Source: a bacterium (GTDB taxonomy: Bacteria; Margulisbacteria; Marinamargulisbacteria; JAHFDA01). From it: a DNA stretch of 64,000 nucleotides. Below the pieces are notes generated by a model. It was not told the DNA's origin, did no database searches, and was given only the letters and a program-made list of their open reading frames with translations. The stretch is taken from NCBI GenBank assembly GCA_023249225.1, contig JAHFDA010000005.1, positions 7,995-71,994 on the forward strand, read 5' to 3'. Positions 17,942 to 27,044 of this stretch are shown piece after piece. Position numbers and translations under genes: made by a program. Numbering within the stretch: the first letter of the stretch is position 1; every line of letters starts with the position of its first letter.

Positions 17942-20900
17942 ATGCCCACCGCCTGGTTGTTACGCCGTATAAGTTCTACTGACACGATTGAGGGCATCAG
18001 TATCCACAGCACGGCCGGTATAGATCTGATGTTTATCAAACGGGCGGGGCTGGAAAAATACCTGGCTCACTTTTTAAACGACCCGCCCAATTTACAGATC
18101 GAAGCCATCAATGCCTGGGAGAGCGCTCGCGATGAACACTCCACCCTTCTGCAGGGCCAGTTTCAGGATCTTGTGCAAAACAAAGCCGCCGTCATGCGCT
18201 TACAGCAGGCCCTGCACGAAAAACCGGTCAGCACGCAAGTCGTTTTTTTAAACCTGTTGGCTTTATTTGAAGCCCGGGCCTTATTGCGCCAGTGCTTCCA
18301 TTTTGAAAACTTTTTCAAGCAGCTTTGCGAACAGCCGCTTGAGGAACTGGTTCAGGTCAACGCTTGTCTTGATCTGCTACATATAGACGAAATGACCTGT
18401 ATCCAGCGAGTGGTTAAAAGACAACTCCAAAGTCCCGAAGTCCGCAACCGCATTAAGACCGTGCTGCTTAAACGGAATTTTCCGCGTGACTCCAAAATGC
18501 AACTGACGGTTTGGACCTATTATTTTTCGGTACTCCTGCATTTAAGCCCAGAGGACTTTGTGGATGAATGCTGGCAGCGTTATCAGGTTCAGATCGATCT
18601 TAGGCAGGGTGAACGGGCGACGCTGCACAGCTTTCATTTATTGAATTATTTTCATGACGTGCATCCCACCCTTTATCAGGATCTTGTAGCCACGTTGGAC
18701 GTAGATAAGTTGGGGCGGGTGATCTCGGCGGCATATAAGCATTGGCTGGGTGGCCTGAAACTTACAAAAGATCAAGTCACCCCGCCTATACATGAAGACC
18801 CCACTGTTAACCAGATCTATTCTGCCTTACGCGGGGCACTTTCTGCTAAGGATCTAAGTGATTGCTATGAAAAGATGATGGCCGTTGCTCAAACACCCAG
18901 ACCGGCTGCAAAAGGAGGCCGTCCCTTTGTAGCGCTCGATCAACTGCACGCGGACACGCACGTACCAACGGGAGATACCCGGCTGAATGTTTTAGAACGT
19001 TTAAGCGAACAATGGGGGCCTAAAAATGGCATTTTGCTTGTCAGTCACCGCTCTGGTGTTGGCAAGGAGCGGCTCATTTGCGGACAACTGGCCCGTGATC
19101 TGCGCCAGCAGCAGCAGCGCACGCGTCTGTTAAACGACTACTATTTTGAAAGTCTGCCTGCCGATGCGTTTATTGAAGACAACTACAGCCTGCATAAATT
19201 TTTCTACAGTTACCTGGGCTACCAAAAAGCGCACGGTTGCATTGCGCTGTACCTGCGTCACATCGAAGATGTGCTGGCTTGGACTTCGAGCCGTTCTCTT
19301 TTTAACCAGCTTGCCAAGGCCATGCACAAGGGCGAATTTCGCTTGATCGCGGGGGTGACATACGCTGATCTTGAACGGCTGCCCGAAGCGTTTAAGGAAG
19401 CCTGCCATATCATCGAAGTACCCGAACCAGCGCCGGAGGAGCTTGAAAAAATCCTCACTGACCGGCTTCCACAGATTGCCCAGGAATATCAGGTTGAAAT
19501 GGATCCCCTGCTGCTCAACGTTATTTTGCAGCACCCCCAGCGCCCAGGCTTAACACCCAACGGTGAACCGCAAAACAGCCTGACCGTGTTAGAAGGCGTG
19601 GCTGCCTTTGTAAGACACCGCGCGGGTGGCGCGGGGGTGACGGCCGAGGATGTAGATGCTTTTATGCAGGCGCGTTCAAGCAGCCTGAATCTGGGGGGTA
19701 GCCTGCGTCGGCGCATCGAAGCGGCCAACCTGCCGCCGCATGTATTGCACGACGCCCAGCAAAAATTAAGCACCATAGAAGAGAACCATTCGTCCGAAGG
19801 CATCAAATACCGCGAATGGATCAACCTGTTGCTTAATCTGCCCTGGCACCACTGCCATTACCCGCAGCAAGGCAGCCGACAAGAAATTTATGAACGCGTA
19901 TGCGCCACCATCAGAACCAGCTATTTTGGCAACGACACCTTGATTAAAAAACTAGCCTTAAAAGTAGCTGCCGGATACAAAAGCGGCAAAGGCATGTATA
20001 TCCTGCTGGATGGACCGCCGGGCACGGGTAAAACTTTGCTGGCTAAAACTCTGGCCGGGGCTCTGGGTGTGCATTTTGAGCATGTGGCTCTTGGCGGTGT
20101 GCGCGACGAGGCCGAAATTCGTGGCCACCGCATCACCTATATCGGTTCCACGCCCGGACGGATTCTAAAAGCCATGGCCAAGGCCCGTAACCAACACTTT
20201 GTGATGTGCCTTGATGAAATTGAAAAAGTAGAAACCCGTGGCAGCCAGGGCGACCCGCAGGCAGCCTTGATGGAACTGCTCGACCCCGAGCAAAACCACG
20301 CTTTTACAGACACCTACCTGGGTCATGGTTTTGACTTTTCAAAAGTGATTTTTGTCGCCACCGCCAATGGCACCAGCAGCATTCACAAGCCGCTGCTCAA
20401 CCGCTTTGAAGTCTTTGAAATGCCTGGCTATACCGACGAAGACAAAATTCAAATCGCCCGGCAGTTTATGATCCCGATCAAGTTGCGCGAACAGGGTCTT
20501 AAGGCGGAGCAAGTACGTTTTGGCCAGGATTCCGTTGCTGAAGAAGCCCTGCTGCGGCATATTATCGAAGGCTACACTTGGGAGGTAGGTACGCGCGATC
20601 TTAAACGGGTCATCGAAAATCTACTCATCCCGATACGGGTGATGCATGAACAAACCATCGAAACCGGACAGACATTTGAAATGGATCAGACTTACATAAA
20701 GGAACAACTCGGAAAACCTGCCAAAGCACCGCAGCTTGCGGGCACACCGATGGTAGGCCAGGTCAATGGCTTGGCCTGGACTGCCCAACGTGGCAGCGTG
20801 CTCACCATTCAAGTACGGATGTTTGCGGCCAAACATCAGGTGCAGTTTACGGGCAACCTTGAAAAAGTCATTGGCGAAAGCTGTCAGGTGGCTCTAACCG

Positions 20901-21364
20901 TGGTACGAGGAATTCTAGCCGCGCATCCCGAGTGGCTACAGGGCGCAAAAGACACCGAAGCAGTCAAAGATCCTTTCGAAAACCAGGCCTTGCATGTGCA
21001 TCTGCCTGCCGGGGCCATTGCCAAGGACGGTCCTTCGGCGGGCATGGCTATTACCCTGGCCATACTTTCGGCGCTAATCCAGAATCCGGTTAAGGGAAAC
21101 GTGTTCATGACGGGTGAAATTAGCCTGGACGGAAGTATTTTGCCGATTGGCGGCCTGCTTAAAAAACTGAATGCTGTGCGCCGTACCCAGTTTACGGATG
21201 CCAGCATGACCGGCGCCAAAAAAATAATCATCCTCCCCGAGGCCAATCAAACCGAATGGAATGACCTGCCCCAAGCGTTACGGGAACATCCGGAATTTGA
21301 AGTACATTTTGTCAGCAACATTGGCGAGGTTCTGCCCCTGGTGTTTGCTAAGGACCTTGGTTAA
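17942..21364 (+). CDS. Giant Lon-family ATP-dependent protease homologue (paralogue 1, ~1140 aa): N-terminal helical region plus degenerate ClpA/ClpB D1-like pseudo-ATPase module plus complete Lon AAA+ and S16 protease domains
   Basis: Lon linker ...KYREWINLLLNLPW (Lon: YIDWMVQVPW). Lon AAA+ GPPGTGKTLLAKTLAGALGVHFEHVALGGVRDEAEIRGHRITYIGSTPGRI; DEIEKV; LLDPEQNHAFTDTYL; ATAN...LLNRFEV; sensor-2 GTRDLKR. S16 domain KDGPSAGMAITLAILSAL (catalytic Ser) and GGLLKK (catalytic Lys). Upstream, GVGKERL...KGEFRLIAGVT...HIIEVPEPAPEELEKIL resembles Clp D1 (GVGKT...RGELRCIGATT...[20 protein letters not shown]) with a non-canonical Walker A/B. Start placed at the first ATG after the tRNA. The ORF-track start 17720 is a TTG overlapping the tRNA. 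Confidence 0.8.
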   Translation: MPTAWLLRRISSTDTIEGISIHSTAGIDLMFIKRAGLEKYLAHFLNDPPNLQIEAINAWESARDEHSTLLQGQFQDLVQNKAAVMRLQQALHEKPVSTQVVFLNLLALFEARALLRQCFHFENFFKQLCEQPLEELVQVNACLDLLHIDEMTCIQRVVKRQLQSPEVRNRIKTVLLKRNFPRDSKMQLTVWTYYFSVLLHLSPEDFVDECWQRYQVQIDLRQGERATLHSFHLLNYFHDVHPTLYQDLVATLDVDKLGRVISAAYKHWLGGLKLTKDQVTPPIHEDPTVNQIYSALRGALSAKDLSDCYEKMMAVAQTPRPAAKGGRPFVALDQLHADTHVPTGDTRLNVLERLSEQWGPKNGILLVSHRSGVGKERLICGQLARDLRQQQQRTRLLNDYYFESLPADAFIEDNYSLHKFFYSYLGYQKAHGCIALYLRHIEDVLAWTSSRSLFNQLAKAMHKGEFRLIAGVTYADLERLPEAFKEACHIIEVPEPAPEELEKILTDRLPQIAQEYQVEMDPLLLNVILQHPQRPGLTPNGEPQNSLTVLEGVAAFVRHRAGGAGVTAEDVDAFMQARSSSLNLGGSLRRRIEAANLPPHVLHDAQQKLSTIEENHSSEGIKYREWINLLLNLPWHHCHYPQQGSRQEIYERVCATIRTSYFGNDTLIKKLALKVAAGYKSGKGMYILLDGPPGTGKTLLAKTLAGALGVHFEHVALGGVRDEAEIRGHRITYIGSTPGRILKAMAKARNQHFVMCLDEIEKVETRGSQGDPQAALMELLDPEQNHAFTDTYLGHGFDFSKVIFVATANGTSSIHKPLLNRFEVFEMPGYTDEDKIQIARQFMIPIKLREQGLKAEQVRFGQDSVAEEALLRHIIEGYTWEVGTRDLKRVIENLLIPIRVMHEQTIETGQTFEMDQTYIKEQLGKPAKAPQLAGTPMVGQVNGLAWTAQRGSVLTIQVRMFAAKHQVQFTGNLEKVIGESCQVALTVVRGILAAHPEWLQGAKDTEAVKDPFENQALHVHLPAGAIAKDGPSAGMAITLAILSALIQNPVKGNVFMTGEISLDGSILPIGGLLKKLNAVRRTQFTDASMTGAKKIIILPEANQTEWNDLPQALREHPEFEVHFVSNIGEVLPLVFAKDLG

Positions 21365-21376
21365 TCCAAGAAAATT

Positions 21377-21583
21377 GTAACTATTCAGCCCTACCGTTGT
21401 TCGTAAGCCCAGTGGCAGGGCCACTGGGAGCTGGACAGAGGGCATTCCACTTCTAAGCCCAGGCAAGGCCTGGGGGCTTCGAACACGCAGGCCCTGCCTG
21501 CATGCCTGGAAAAAAAGTGCACATGTCCAGCTCGCATGCGGCCCTGCCGCTGTGCCTGCTATGTGGCAAAGCTGAATAGTTAC
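21377..21583. mobile_element. MITE-like element (~207 bp) with perfect 13-bp terminal inverted repeats GTAACTATTCAGC / GCTGAATAGTTAC; copy 1
   Basis: Perfect TIRs, internal GC-rich hairpins (CCCAGTGGCAGGGCCACTGGG; GCCCAGGCAAGGCCTGGGGGC), and no coding capacity. A second copy of about 95% identity lies at 27707-27915. Flanks are AT-rich (AGAAAATT / ATAAAATC). Confidence 0.7.
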
Positions 21584-21658
21584 ATAAAATCGCCCCGTTT
21601 AGAAAATCTAAAAAATCCGTTCAATTTTTATCAGGCCGCCTGCGATATTGCATTACTC

Positions 21659-24600
21659 ATGACTTGTCACCCTTTTTTATGGCACCGTGTTGCCGAGACC
21701 CAGCAGGTTACCCTGACCATTGAAAAAGAAGACCTCGACCGTGAAGCAGCGCTGCTTAAAGAGCACGGTTTGGCAGTTTACTTACAAGATTATTTTTTAA
21801 ATCAAGCGGATCTCCCGCGCTTAAAAAAATTAATGACCTTTCTTTTTGGACGTCAGGCTTTTCCGATGCTGCTTGAAACCGAACTTCAGAAATATGCGTC
21901 AAGCCGCAAGGCTTGCGCGCCCATTAAGGCTTTGTTCGATGCGCAAGATCTAAAAAACAAACTGGAGCTGTTGTGCCTGCTGGCAGCCCTGGGGCAGACC
22001 CGGCTGGTTGGCAGGCTGGTGACATTGCAGCAGTTGCTCGAAGGGGTTGCCCAACTTACGCCTAAACAGCGCGTTGGCGATGTGGCCCTGTTCGAAGCAT
22101 TGCTACCGCCGCTGCGAACAGCGTTGGCCCAGGCTTTTGAAATCCAGCTTTCAAGTCCGCTTGTTCGTAACCAAATTAAAACCCTGCTCTGTCGGCCCCC
22201 CGCGCACCCGCGACGGATCGGCGGCCGACGGGTTATGATCCGCGAGGATATTCCGCGTTTTAGATTGGATTACCTAAAAACGCTGCTGCTCTTTGGACAG
22301 GAACAGCTGGTGGCAGAGTCGTGGCAACGCTATCAATCGCATTTCGATGCAGACTCTGAACCGTCTGACTTTGACAGCTACGAATTGTTTATGGCGTTTG
22401 CCCAAAAAAGCCCAGAATTACTCCCTGATCTGGTGACCGCGCTAAAATCTGACCAACTGGCGCGCGTGGTACAACGCGAGTTTTGGCGCAACATGGCCAA
22501 GGCCGAAGCTGCTGCTCAAACAGAGACTACGCCCCCGGCTCAAAATCCTGAAACAGAAGAAACCCCTCAAACTTCTGCTCCCGCTTGTGATTTTGAATCC
22601 GGCCAAGAAGAAAGCGGAATGGTAGAAGAGCCTGTAAATACAGGAGCTACTTTAGACATAACCAATGACGAAGGCGCTGTTCTTGATCAAGAGGTACTCA
22701 ACCTGATGATGAACGCCTTAAGCGTGCGTTTGTCCGAGCACGAACGCTTGCGGCGCTTTTTTGAAATCTCAACCTTTGCCACAGTTGCCAAACCCGAGGA
22801 AATGGCGCTGGCGGGTTTTATGCCGCTGGGTGCGCCAGGCGAATATTTGCGCGACAAGGTTTATGTGGATACTCCCGCCCGCAGCGAAGCCCTGGACAAG
22901 CTCACGGAACAATGGGGGGCCAAACCGGGCATTATTCTGGTAAGCGATAAACCGGGCGTAGGCCAGGAGCTTATGCTACTGCGCCAACTTTGGCATGACC
23001 TCTTTACCATGAGTGCCCGCACGCGCTTGCTTAATGATGATGCGTTTTATACCGCCAATGGCGCCCGCCTGGCAGAATCCGATACGGGTCACGCGGCAGT
23101 GCATGCTTATACCAAATACCAGGGCTTGCACCGCAACGAAGTACTGTACCTGCGCAACGCGGGTGCAATGTTACAAAGCGACATGGGCGACCACTTGCTG
23201 GTGACCCTGGGTGAAGCCATGGAAGATCTGCGTTTTAAGATGATCCTGGGCGTGACACGCGAAGAACTACCTCTGCTGCCTGATGATGTGATCAAAAATT
23301 CACACATTATTGAACTGCCCGAAACCACCCTGCAAGAAACACGGCAAATCCTGCTTACCGAAATGACAAACCTTTCAAAAAAATACAACCTGAAAGTGAC
23401 AGAAGATTTTATAGATGCCTTGCTGGCACATCCAGCCCGGCGGAGTTTTACAGAATCGGGTGAACCCGAAAATTCCTTAACCCTGCTCGACCGTGTGTTG
23501 TCTTATGCTCGCCACCGTTACGACCAGAACCCACGTGTGGGCAATCAAGTTACGCCACAGGACTTGCAGCTTTTTGCCAACGAACATTTGCGTGTCGACA
23601 ATTTACTAAACGAAAAAAACCTGCGTAAGCGCGCCGAAAAACTTAATCTGCCTCCGCAGGTGCGGCGCGAGGTGCTGGACAAATTATCCAAGACAGAGGC
23701 ATCCATGTTTGGAGGTTCCGAAGGCGGTAAAGACATTGAATGGGTCGAACAGGTGCTGCGCCTGCCTTGGGGGCAAATGACGCCAGAATCCACTGCCGCA
23801 GCAGATGTTAGCTTTGAACACATCATGCAGACGGTGGATCAAGAATATTTCATCGACGAACTAAACCGTGAGGTGGTCGAAGACATTGCCGAAAATATCG
23901 CCAGCCGCCGTGCCGATGGAAAAGCCAACATGGTGCTTTTGGTGGGTGATCCCGGGGTGGGTAAAACCGGCCTGGCCAAGGCTCTGGCCAAGGCGCTGAA
24001 CCGCAAGCTGGCCGTGGTCAGTTTAGGTGGCGTACATGCCGAAGGGGAAATCCGGGGACACAGTCTTACCTATATTGGTGCCCAGGCGGGTCGCATCATG
24101 AAATCACTGATGGAAGTTGGCGTAGACAATCCGGTCATGGTGCTGGATGAAATGGATAAAATGACGGTAAGTTTAAATGGCGATCCGGCCGCCGCCCTGC
24201 TTGAGGTTCTGGACCCCGAACAAAACCAGAACTTTCGTGATCATTATTTTGATTTTCCGTACGATCTTTCAAAAGTCATCTTTATCGCCACCGCCAATGA
24301 GCTTGATCCCATCCGCCCCGCCTTGCTTGACCGTATCCAGGTGCATGAACTTAAAGGCTACAGCGTAGGCGACAAAGTAAAAATGGCCTATAAGTTTATT
24401 CTGCCCCGCATTTTCAAGAGCCTGGGCATCAGTGCGGAACAAGTTCGTCTGGGTCATGATGACGCCGAAGGCGAGCGCCTGCTGCAGTTGATTATTGCCG
24501 AGTACACGCGTGAGATGGGTGTGCGTAAGTACGAACAGAATTTTGCCAGGGTGTTGCGCCGGGCCTATGTGCGTGAGCTTTCATCGCATCAGGGACCAGG

Positions 24601-25339
24601 GCCCTTGATCATAACCGAGGCGCTCATTAGACAAACACTGCGTGCACCACGCGTGATGCCTCATATTTCGGGCGTGCCCACTGTGGGCCGCGTCAACGGT
24701 TTGGCCTTTGACAGTCTGCGGGGCTCGGTATTGCCGTATGAAACTCATGTGGAGCAGGGTTCGGGCCAGTTTCGGCATACCGGCAGGCACGGCGACATGT
24801 CTAAAGATGCTTTTGTGGTGGCCAAATCGGTTGTGCAGCAAATGTTTCATCGTTACCCCGCTTTGCGGGAAGCATTCTCAAAGAAGTTTCTGGACCCAAG
24901 AAAACCGTTGAGACCCAATGAAGACCCCTTTAGAAGGGTGGATATCCATGTGCATGTCCCTGATATTTACGATGGCATTGACGGCCCTTCGGCGGGCAAC
25001 ACCAAGGCCCTGTCATTGGTGTCGGCCATGACCGGCATTCCGGTACACGGGCATGTTTTTATGACCGGAGCTTTAAAGCTCACTGATCGCGAGGCGGGGA
25101 TCATTGGAGGCTTGCTCAAAAAATTTACTGCGGCCATCAGCATTGTATTTACCGATCCTGCTGCGCCCAAAAACCGTATCATCATTGTGCCCGAGGACAA
25201 CCGCTCGGAATACAATGAACTCCCCCGTGAAATCCGGGAGCATCCGGGCCTCGAGGTTATCTTTTGCAAGCACTTTGATGAGTACGCAAAAATTGCCTTG
25301 GTGGAGGGGGACAAGTTTCTTACTCCAGCATCTTCTTAA
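21659..25339 (+). CDS. Giant Lon-family protease homologue (paralogue 2, ~1227 aa) with the same architecture (helical N-region, degenerate Clp D1-like module, Lon AAA+, Lon S16 protease)
   Basis: VGDPGVGKTGLAKALAKALNRKLAVVSLGGVHAEGEIRGHSLTYIGAQAGRI; LDEMDKM; VLDPEQNQNFRDHYF; IATAN...LLDRIQV; GVRKYEQ. Protease DGPSAGNTKALSLVSAM and GGLLKK. Degenerate D1-like Walker A GVGQE; KMILGVT; HIIELPETTLQETRQIL. Lon linker DIEWVEQVLRLPW. The ORF-track start 21536 lies inside the MITE. The first ATG outside it is 21659 (start uncertain). Confidence 0.8.
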   Translation: MTCHPFLWHRVAETQQVTLTIEKEDLDREAALLKEHGLAVYLQDYFLNQADLPRLKKLMTFLFGRQAFPMLLETELQKYASSRKACAPIKALFDAQDLKNKLELLCLLAALGQTRLVGRLVTLQQLLEGVAQLTPKQRVGDVALFEALLPPLRTALAQAFEIQLSSPLVRNQIKTLLCRPPAHPRRIGGRRVMIREDIPRFRLDYLKTLLLFGQEQLVAESWQRYQSHFDADSEPSDFDSYELFMAFAQKSPELLPDLVTALKSDQLARVVQREFWRNMAKAEAAAQTETTPPAQNPETEETPQTSAPACDFESGQEESGMVEEPVNTGATLDITNDEGAVLDQEVLNLMMNALSVRLSEHERLRRFFEISTFATVAKPEEMALAGFMPLGAPGEYLRDKVYVDTPARSEALDKLTEQWGAKPGIILVSDKPGVGQELMLLRQLWHDLFTMSARTRLLNDDAFYTANGARLAESDTGHAAVHAYTKYQGLHRNEVLYLRNAGAMLQSDMGDHLLVTLGEAMEDLRFKMILGVTREELPLLPDDVIKNSHIIELPETTLQETRQILLTEMTNLSKKYNLKVTEDFIDALLAHPARRSFTESGEPENSLTLLDRVLSYARHRYDQNPRVGNQVTPQDLQLFANEHLRVDNLLNEKNLRKRAEKLNLPPQVRREVLDKLSKTEASMFGGSEGGKDIEWVEQVLRLPWGQMTPESTAAADVSFEHIMQTVDQEYFIDELNREVVEDIAENIASRRADGKANMVLLVGDPGVGKTGLAKALAKALNRKLAVVSLGGVHAEGEIRGHSLTYIGAQAGRIMKSLMEVGVDNPVMVLDEMDKMTVSLNGDPAAALLEVLDPEQNQNFRDHYFDFPYDLSKVIFIATANELDPIRPALLDRIQVHELKGYSVGDKVKMAYKFILPRIFKSLGISAEQVRLGHDDAEGERLLQLIIAEYTREMGVRKYEQNFARVLRRAYVRELSSHQGPGPLIITEALIRQTLRAPRVMPHISGVPTVGRVNGLAFDSLRGSVLPYETHVEQGSGQFRHTGRHGDMSKDAFVVAKSVVQQMFHRYPALREAFSKKFLDPRKPLRPNEDPFRRVDIHVHVPDIYDGIDGPSAGNTKALSLVSAMTGIPVHGHVFMTGALKLTDREAGIIGGLLKKFTAAISIVFTDPAAPKNRIIIVPEDNRSEYNELPREIREHPGLEVIFCKHFDEYAKIALVEGDKFLTPASS

Positions 25340-25625
25340 GTACCCCTGACGAAATGCGGGCAAGACCGTACGCGATGGCCAGATTAATAACCGAAATCAC
25401 CGCATAAAACTTGCCGCTGTAATAAAAAAAAGCCAGTTCAATCAGGGCAAAGTATGCACCAGCAAAGTAGAGGATAAGTTGCCAGTCTCCGGGAACATGT
25501 GACCAGTACCTGGTAATTAGCCCCCCTATTTTTTTAGCATAGAACGCTCCCCTCTCCCGCAAAATGGTTTTTTTGTGGGAGAGGGGTTGGGGGTTTGCCT
25601 TAATGGGACTACTCATGCGTCCCAT
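25320..25625 (-). CDS. Small hypothetical membrane protein (2 predicted TM helices)
   Basis: 101 aa ORF with hydrophobic segments LILYFAGAYFALIELAFFYY and AVISVINLAIAYGLA. No recognisable family. Confidence 0.35.
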   Translation of the reverse strand: MGRMSSPIKANPQPLSHKKTILRERGAFYAKKIGGLITRYWSHVPGDWQLILYFAGAYFALIELAFFYYSGKFYAVISVINLAIAYGLARISSGVLKKMLE

Positions 25626-25968
25626 GTCCTGCCATCAAAAGTCTGTGATCTGCTCCCAACTCCCACGCGCTGCCCTGGTTGCAATACAACGGCTTGGCGG
25701 CATCGGACTGGCTGATCTCTGGAAAGTACTTTTCGTATTCCAACCACTCTGCTGGAATCATAGACTTGGGATAAACCCCATCGTTGTCCATACTGTAAAG
25801 CTCGATTTGCGTATTTAACTGTAAGCGCTCCTGCTGGTGGGCTTGTTTGACCAGCACGTCTTCTGGTTTCTTAAAGATGGGTACCAGCGCTGTCAAACCC
25901 AACAGCAGTACCAAACCTACAATCACGAGATCCAGTTTAGAAACTTTAGCGGACTTTTTTTCGGCCAT
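25609..25968 (-). CDS. Small hypothetical N-terminally membrane-anchored protein
   Basis: 119 aa with N-terminal TM LDLVIVGLVLLLGLTALVPIF, then a soluble domain. No recognisable family. Confidence 0.4.
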   Translation of the reverse strand: MAEKKSAKVSKLDLVIVGLVLLLGLTALVPIFKKPEDVLVKQAHQQERLQLNTQIELYSMDNDGVYPKSMIPAEWLEYEKYFPEISQSDAAKPLYCNQGSAWELGADHRLLMAGHGTHE

Positions 25969-26015
25969 CCAAGGTTATTGTAGCGGCAAGGCAGGCCTTG
26001 CCGCTACCGGGCTAG

Positions 26016-26155
26016 CCCGCACTATTCATACTTTACTCGTAGCCCGCTAAATGCGCGGGCTGCGTGAAGTAAAGGATGCTTCGAAAGTATGCATTATTCA
26101 CGATATGCGGGTTCCCGTGTGTAATAGTCCGCTTCATATGCGTGAATAATCCAGG
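26016..26155. repeat. REP-like intergenic repeat element, family 1, long variant (copy B, inverted orientation, ~140 bp)
   Basis: Contains the family core CTTCATATGCGTGAAT...GCGGGTTCCCGTGTGTAATAGTCCGC plus a 55 bp internal insertion with a CCCGCGCATTTAGCGGG hairpin. Preceded by an 11 bp perfect stem TAGCGGCAAGG-ca-CCTTGCCGCTA at 25981-26006. Confidence 0.6.
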
Positions 26156-26548
26156 CTAGGTCGACAACTCGTGTTTATCACCCACAGCCGTATGATCACC
26201 TAAAATATTAACCAAGGTAATACGGTTTGTGGCCGCAATGACCCAAGCCGTAGGAGCGGCGGCGTTACAATTGGCGGGCACAGTTGCAGTCCCTTGGGCA
26301 TTTGGCCAATATTTAGCCGCCACGGCCGCGCCACCCCAACCAGCGGTGGTCATGGCCGTAGGATAACTGCCGATGTTCGTATAATAACTTTCAATCTGCT
26401 TGTCGATATTGTTACGATCATATTTATGTGAATTGGCTTTGGAATTGGCGCTACTAGAACTGAACCGGGGCAATACCACGGCCGCCAAAATTCCCAGGAT
26501 CGAGATCACAATTAACATTTCGATTAACGTAAAACCTTTGTTTTTCAT
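26156..26548 (-). CDS. Type IV pilin (major pilin-like, class III signal peptide), paralogue 1
   Basis: MKNKG|FTLIEMLIVISILGILAAVV carries the prepilin peptidase site (G-1, F+1, E+5). 130 aa. About 85% identical to the 27045-27437 copy. Confidence 0.85.
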   Translation of the reverse strand: MKNKGFTLIEMLIVISILGILAAVVLPRFSSSSANSKANSHKYDRNNIDKQIESYYTNIGSYPTAMTTAGWGGAAVAAKYWPNAQGTATVPANCNAAAPTAWVIAATNRITLVNILGDHTAVGDKHELST

Positions 26549-26571
26549 TGCACGCTACCTTTCGGTGATGC

Positions 26572-26958
26572 CTAGGTCGTGTTTTCATGCTTGTCGCCAG
26601 CTGCATGGTGCCCGTTGATCATGTCGGCCATAATGACGCGGCCATTGGCATCCAGCACCCAATTGGTTTTTTGGTTGCACTGCCAGGTAGCCCCGCCACT
26701 TAAAGTTGTATCCGGAAAATACGTCTGAAACGTAACCTGCCCACCCCAGCCAACATAGGTCATGGCACTAGGTATCGAGCCAATATCGGTCTGATATAGC
26801 TCGGACTGGGTGTTAATCAGACTGCGTTCAGTCATGTGGGCATTTTTTTTGGCATCGTCGGAACTACCCGTAAAACGCGGCAAAACAATGGCCGCCAGCA
26901 CCCCTAAAATGGTGACCACAATTAATATCTCGACCAGCGAAAAACCCTTATTTTTCAT
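26572..26958 (-). CDS. Type IV pilin, divergent paralogue 2
   Basis: MKNKG|FSLVEILIVVTILGVLAAIV. 128 aa. C-terminal GDKHE motif shared with the flanking copies. Confidence 0.85.
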   Translation of the reverse strand: MKNKGFSLVEILIVVTILGVLAAIVLPRFTGSSDDAKKNAHMTERSLINTQSELYQTDIGSIPSAMTYVGWGGQVTFQTYFPDTTLSGGATWQCNQKTNWVLDANGRVIMADMINGHHAAGDKHENTT

Positions 26959-26987
26959 ATGACAACCCCCAATCAGATAGACCTCTC

Positions 26988-27017
26988 TAAAAAAAGACCC
27001 TGGTGTTACCCAGGGTC
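26988..27017 (-). terminator. Rho-independent terminator downstream of pilin paralogue 3
   Basis: On the minus strand: GACCCTGG-taaca-CCAGGGTC hairpin, followed by a run of seven T. It sits 30-55 nt after the stop of the 27045-27437 gene. Confidence 0.55.
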
Positions 27018-27044
27018 TTTCAGCACTTCAGCAAGTCACTGTCA

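Noticed and set aside
21536-21658. ORF-track start of the second Lon-like gene (MRPCRCACYVAKLNSY...)
   Set aside because: The first 16 or so codons lie inside the MITE terminal repeat. The Cys/Arg-rich translation is typical of reading through GC-rich hairpin DNA. The start was moved to the first ATG outside the element, which is still uncertain.
25981-26006. 11-bp perfect GC-rich stem TAGCGGCAAGG/CCTTGCCGCTA as a terminator for the pilin array
   Set aside because: No adjacent T-run on the transcribed strand, so it is not a canonical intrinsic terminator. More likely part of the REP-like element's structure.
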